Below, piece by piece: positions 59,858 through 64,000 of a DNA stretch of 64,000 nucleotides. The notes under the pieces were generated by a model, which saw only the letters and a list, made by a program, of their open reading frames with translations, did no database searches and was not told the origin of the DNA. Source of the DNA: a virus; IMG/VR virus record IMGVR_UViG_3300017917_000405, positions 30,729 through 94,728 of that record; one strand, given 5' to 3'. Position 1 is the stretch's first letter. Every line of letters starts with the position of its first letter. The position numbers and the translations under genes are program-made.

Positions 59858-61138
59858 CTAACCTATTAAATGACCGCTATAAACATTGTGAGATGCATCT
59901 CCGTGAAGTGAATTGCTTGCTCCAAAAGCGACTATTTCTACATAGTCATTTGCTGCCAGATTAATAATTCCAACAACTCCACCATTTTTATATGAAGCAT
60001 TTGCAGCGCCAGAATATGATCCTCCAAAGTTTGTACTTCCATTTTTTCTAAGACGAACATCAAATGTTGCTGCAGAATCTGGAGTAAGATATGTTAAAGA
60101 AAAAAAATAGTTTCCTGATACTGGTGCTGTAAATCTTCCATTTGCAGTTGAATAGCATGATCCAACATTTATATGTGTCGTTGTACTAAAAACTACAATT
60201 TGATTACTTGTCCACGTTCCACCATTTTGATTAATACAAAATGCTGGTTGATTTGGAATTGTTATTCTTCCAGAACCATCAATAGTCATTCTTGTTGCCG
60301 CTGCAGTATTATCAACAAATCTTAGTGATGGAGTGCTAGTGCTACCATAAACATCCATTGACCAAGAAGAAGCATTATCTGTTGACCTAGCAAGTTTAAC
60401 CTCTCCTCCTTCTTGTGTAGCATCTGTTCTACCGATGAATAATGATCCATCATTTGCTACAGCAGTTCTTAAATTATTTGATGAATCTTTTACTTCAAAA
60501 TAATTATCTGATTGACCACTTGCGCCTTTGATAATAAGCGGAGTAGTTGTAGCATTTGCAGCAGTAATTGTCTGATCTACTGATGGATTTTTAATAATTG
60601 GTTCTGTTGACCACGATGTTACTGTTCCATCAGTAGTTAAAAATTCTCCATTATTTCCAGTTTGTGTAGGAATGCCAGTAGCGGTAGTTAGTGCAGAAAG
60701 ATTCCAGTCAGCACCGTCGTAAACATACATTTGATCATTGTCTGAATCTACCCAAATCATTCCCTGAACAGGATTTGATGGAGCAGTAGATTGATATGAA
60801 CTTATTCCAACTCCAAGATTAATATCATATTGTACTAGACCATATGCCGCGACAGAAATATCCGCAGTTGACACACGAACCTTAACAACATCATTCTGAT
60901 TTACTGCAAATCTAAAAGTTTCATATGAGTTATTACCATCTAGTGGTACATCATAAATAATATAAGCATACTGCGAAGAACTTGAGGAACCAGAAGGCTC
61001 TACCCAAACTCTCATAGTTGCTGAAGAAGAAGATTTATTAGTCAGAATTACTGACATGAGATACTGATCTGTAGCGGTATAAACAGTTGTATCTGTATTT
61101 GCTGAAGGAGCAGCAACTGCTAGTCTTTGAAGTCCCAT
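59858..61138 (-). CDS. Tail fibre protein with C-terminal C1q-like domain
   Basis: PAF...GRFTAPVSGNYFFS...INLAANDYVE...YSGHLIG. Confidence 0.8.
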   Translation of the reverse strand: MGLQRLAVAAPSANTDTTVYTATDQYLMSVILTNKSSSSATMRVWVEPSGSSSSSQYAYIIYDVPLDGNNSYETFRFAVNQNDVVKVRVSTADISVAAYGLVQYDINLGVGISSYQSTAPSNPVQGMIWVDSDNDQMYVYDGADWNLSALTTATGIPTQTGNNGEFLTTDGTVTSWSTEPIIKNPSVDQTITAANATTTPLIIKGASGQSDNYFEVKDSSNNLRTAVANDGSLFIGRTDATQEGGEVKLARSTDNASSWSMDVYGSTSTPSLRFVDNTAAATRMTIDGSGRITIPNQPAFCINQNGGTWTSNQIVVFSTTTHINVGSCYSTANGRFTAPVSGNYFFSLTYLTPDSAATFDVRLRKNGSTNFGGSYSGAANASYKNGGVVGIINLAANDYVEIVAFGASNSLHGDASHNVYSGHLIG

Positions 61139-61145
61139 CGCTTTA

Positions 61146-63722
61146 TTATACCCCTAGCCACCATGAATTTGAAAGAACGGTTTGTGTTTGAACAGATCCT
61201 CCACCACCACCGCCTGAGCCAATCTCATTATATGTGGTCCCATCATTTGTATATTCCCATGCATCTGTTGCTTCATTCCATCTAATTGCAACATTGTCAT
61301 CTGTGCCACGTTCTACTTCTAAAACAGCATTTGATGATGCTGCTCCAGATGTAAGCGAATTAAAAGTAATAGTTGTTCCAGTAGATTCAATTTTTCCAAC
61401 AACAAATGTGTCATAGATTGCCTGAGCAAAATTAATAACTGTAGTTGGTTCATCCTCAACACTTGAGAAGAGTTTCCACTTTCCGTCTGTTGCATCACGA
61501 ACAAGGCCAGAATGTTGATATGCTCCATTATTAAAACTTGCAACAAATCCAAGGTCGACGGAGTTTGCGCTATTGCCTTCTCCAATATAAATAAGTGGGT
61601 CACTAATTACAAGTTCGTTTGCATAAGTAATGTTTCCAAGCACATCTAGATCATTGGTTACTGTAAGATTATTAGCAATTGTTACATCATTTGTTAGGCC
61701 AAATGAAAATGTATTTAGTGAATCGTCATGGCTAAATGTAATATTAGACTGTGTTCCTGCGGCAATTGCGGCTGCAATAGCATCTCTAGCATCCTCGTCT
61801 GAATATCCTGGGCTTGCTGTAAATGCAAGCAGGCCAGTACTATCATTATAGTCAACGCTGATGTTGGTATGAGTTGCACCAGTAATCATGCCTGCCGCAA
61901 CATCTTGAATCTCTTCTGTTAAACTTGTGATATCGGATACCGCATGGTTGTGAGAAGATGCCGCTTTTCCATCTAATTGAGACTGAATTCCAGATGTTAC
62001 TCCATTTACATATCCTATTTCTGTAGACGAGACATCACCAATTGACGTATTACTTGGAAGATTTACAGTAGTATCAAACTGTACTGTTACTGCACCAGTA
62101 GATGATGGAGTAACAACAATCTCATTAGATGTTCCAGAGAGCGATCTTACACCATCGTTTGTTACATTAATCTTATTTGTTGCGTCATTATATTCTATAG
62201 TTACGCCATTATGAGTACCATTTTGAAATAATTGATATGCTGCATCTTGTGCTCTTTCATCTGTAAAGTATAGGTTTGTAGACCCCTCTGTAACAGCATC
62301 TGTATCAAGGGTTACTTCTACTGGCCTACCGCTATCGCCTTTCCATACCTTCCCAGTTGATAGGTTTGGAAGGGTGTCAATTGATGACCAAAAGGTATTT
62401 CCAAAAACAAAAATAGATCCATTGTCTACAGACAATACTTTTGCAAAAGGTTGAATGATATTTGTTCCAGTAGGCCTTACTGTAGTAAACCCTCCACCAG
62501 ATGCAACATATAGTAAATCTCCAGCAGTATATCCAGTTAAGGTTAGTCCTCGTATTGGACCAAATGTAATAACCCTTACTGTTGCGTCACTAGCGACTGA
62601 CGCTGTAGTAATTCCATATGCTGGCATAAGAGCAGCAGACGATGCATCTGCTTTAGTAAAGTTTAGTTGCTCATACCCCAATGTTTCTGTGTTAATGACA
62701 ATTGGGGTAAAGGCATTAATAGTTGATCCGCTTGCATTTCTTGCAGTTACTGAATATGCACTAGCATTTTTCCATAAACTTGTTGCCTCATCATATAAAA
62801 TAGTTTGATCTGTTTTTGCAGATGAGATTAGTATGTTGTGTAGTTCATTAAGTTCGTATCCGTTTTGAATCTTAACAAAGATTTCTCCAGATGAAGCATG
62901 ACTACGAATACAATATCCAATAAATACTCCGTGGTTTGGAGGTGTTGGCATAGTTGTTGTAAACTGTCCAGCGGTGGCAGATAGCCAAAGAGCAGCGCCC
63001 TCAGTATATGCAAGAGTGTCTATTCCTCTTAAAACACCAAATGTAAGAACAAATCCTTCTGCCCCATCTGCAATTGATTCTAGAACAACTCCAAATGTTT
63101 TTGAAGATGTAGATTCAGAAGATGCTGATGCTTTGGCTAGTGCTGGTCTTTGTCCCTGTGCTCCAGTTACATAAACAACCGTACCTTTCGATAGTGCTGC
63201 TCCAGTACCGTTATAACAAAGAGCAACCTCTTGCTGACCAATTTTAAGGTTGATATTGCCACCCTTTAATCCAAGGTCAAGGGTTCCATCTCCGTCGTTC
63301 CAGACAAGTTCTCCAACTCCTCCAGCATTGTCTGGAGTAAGATCAAATCCAAGATTATCAATGTTTGTGATATCGTAACTAGCCGCATCAAGGTTGCCTC
63401 CCAAAGTTGGGCTAGTATCTTCTTCAACATTGAATATTCCTCCAGAAATAACTCCTGTTACTTCTACCCAGAATGATCCGTCGTAAATATAAAATGCACC
63501 AGTTGTATTGTCAAACCATGCATTTCCAACTACTGGATTTGCTGGCGCGGTATCTCCAACTGTGATGGTTCCAGAACCTACTTCTACCCACGCAGAACCG
63601 TCATAAAACTTTAAAACGTCGCGGGTGGTATTGTAATAAAAATCACCCTGCGCTCCAGAGGCAGGGTCATCTGATAAATTAAGCAGGTTTATAGGTTGTA
63701 AAAATTTTCTGGAGGCCACCAT
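61146..63722 (-). CDS. Long tail fibre/structural protein
   Basis: 858 aa with repeated fibre motifs (APANPVVGNAWFD, TEGSTNLYFTDERAQDA). Confidence 0.8.
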   Translation of the reverse strand: MVASRKFLQPINLLNLSDDPASGAQGDFYYNTTRDVLKFYDGSAWVEVGSGTITVGDTAPANPVVGNAWFDNTTGAFYIYDGSFWVEVTGVISGGIFNVEEDTSPTLGGNLDAASYDITNIDNLGFDLTPDNAGGVGELVWNDGDGTLDLGLKGGNINLKIGQQEVALCYNGTGAALSKGTVVYVTGAQGQRPALAKASASSESTSSKTFGVVLESIADGAEGFVLTFGVLRGIDTLAYTEGAALWLSATAGQFTTTMPTPPNHGVFIGYCIRSHASSGEIFVKIQNGYELNELHNILISSAKTDQTILYDEATSLWKNASAYSVTARNASGSTINAFTPIVINTETLGYEQLNFTKADASSAALMPAYGITTASVASDATVRVITFGPIRGLTLTGYTAGDLLYVASGGGFTTVRPTGTNIIQPFAKVLSVDNGSIFVFGNTFWSSIDTLPNLSTGKVWKGDSGRPVEVTLDTDAVTEGSTNLYFTDERAQDAAYQLFQNGTHNGVTIEYNDATNKINVTNDGVRSLSGTSNEIVVTPSSTGAVTVQFDTTVNLPSNTSIGDVSSTEIGYVNGVTSGIQSQLDGKAASSHNHAVSDITSLTEEIQDVAAGMITGATHTNISVDYNDSTGLLAFTASPGYSDEDARDAIAAAIAAGTQSNITFSHDDSLNTFSFGLTNDVTIANNLTVTNDLDVLGNITYANELVISDPLIYIGEGNSANSVDLGFVASFNNGAYQHSGLVRDATDGKWKLFSSVEDEPTTVINFAQAIYDTFVVGKIESTGTTITFNSLTSGAASSNAVLEVERGTDDNVAIRWNEATDAWEYTNDGTTYNEIGSGGGGGGSVQTQTVLSNSWWLGV

Positions 63723-63787
63723 ATTTAAATTATATCACCGATTTTGGAGTGTTTTGATAGTGAATAATATAATAGATTGATAAATTA

Positions 63788-64000
63788 TTATGCTATGTCT
63801 CCACCTAATAATAAAACTTTAGGAGAGTTGCTAGTTCCACTCCAGTTTGGGAACGATCCACAAGTTAATATTTTCCCATCTGGTCTCACAATTACACCGT
63901 TTACTTGACCAGAGTGAGAGTTTCCAGTATTTGTAGTAAAGTTAACATCCCTCGTACCATCTGAATTTAATCGAATGATATTTTTTACAGTTGGGCTTGA
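63788..64000 (-). CDS. C-terminus of delta-60-repeat beta-propeller protein (5' part outside window)
   Basis: IIRLNSDGTRDVNF...VIVRPDGKILTCGSF. Confidence 0.7.
   Translation of the reverse strand, partial: SSPTVKNIIRLNSDGTRDVNFTTNTGNSHSGQVNGVIVRPDGKILTCGSFPNWSGTSNSPKVLLLGGDIA

Noticed and set aside
52979-64000. Diversity-generating retroelement or invertase-driven fibre switching
   Set aside because: No reverse transcriptase or recombinase, no near-identical TR/VR pair or inverted cassettes seen; all genes are co-oriented
1-64000. Stop-codon reassignment
   Set aside because: Long genes are intact in the standard code; TAA, TAG and TGA all end genes; no suppressor tRNA found

Overview
This window is a 64-kb segment of a large, AT-rich, tailed dsDNA siphovirus. 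An actinobacterial host is inferred from WhiB, ThyX, class II RNR, an Rpf-like lysozyme, leaderless promoters and PafBC-type promoters; the gene order recalls large Streptomyces-type and freshwater actinophages. 1-21.2 kb (minus strand): virion operon with portal, protease/scaffold, major capsid, head-tail proteins, major tail protein, frameshifted tail chaperone, a tape measure carrying an NlpC/P60 domain, and minor tail proteins. 21-27.6 kb: NrdJ, a glycosyltransferase, a holin-like protein, an Rpf-like protein, ThyX and a 2OG oxygenase. 27.6-39.1 kb: a more GC-rich block of tiny, mostly plus-strand ORFs, probably the early or terminal-repeat region. It holds several repeated cis-elements: 7 exact PafBC/RecA-NDp-type promoters, 12 oriented TTACGA-N12-14-TCA(C/T)RG/A sites, 7 GKCCGGM sites, a DnaA-box plus iteron-like cluster, and a tRNA-like RNA lacking an anticodon. 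39-52.6 kb (minus strand): small genes, 5 tRNAs interleaved with two endonucleases whose stop codons lie inside atypical tRNAs, thioredoxin, amidase endolysin, WhiB, a deaminase and glycosyltransferases. 52.6-64 kb: modular tail-fibre/adhesin cluster. No terminase, integrase, reverse transcriptase or CRISPR array is visible. All calls come from reading motifs by eye; no database searches were run.
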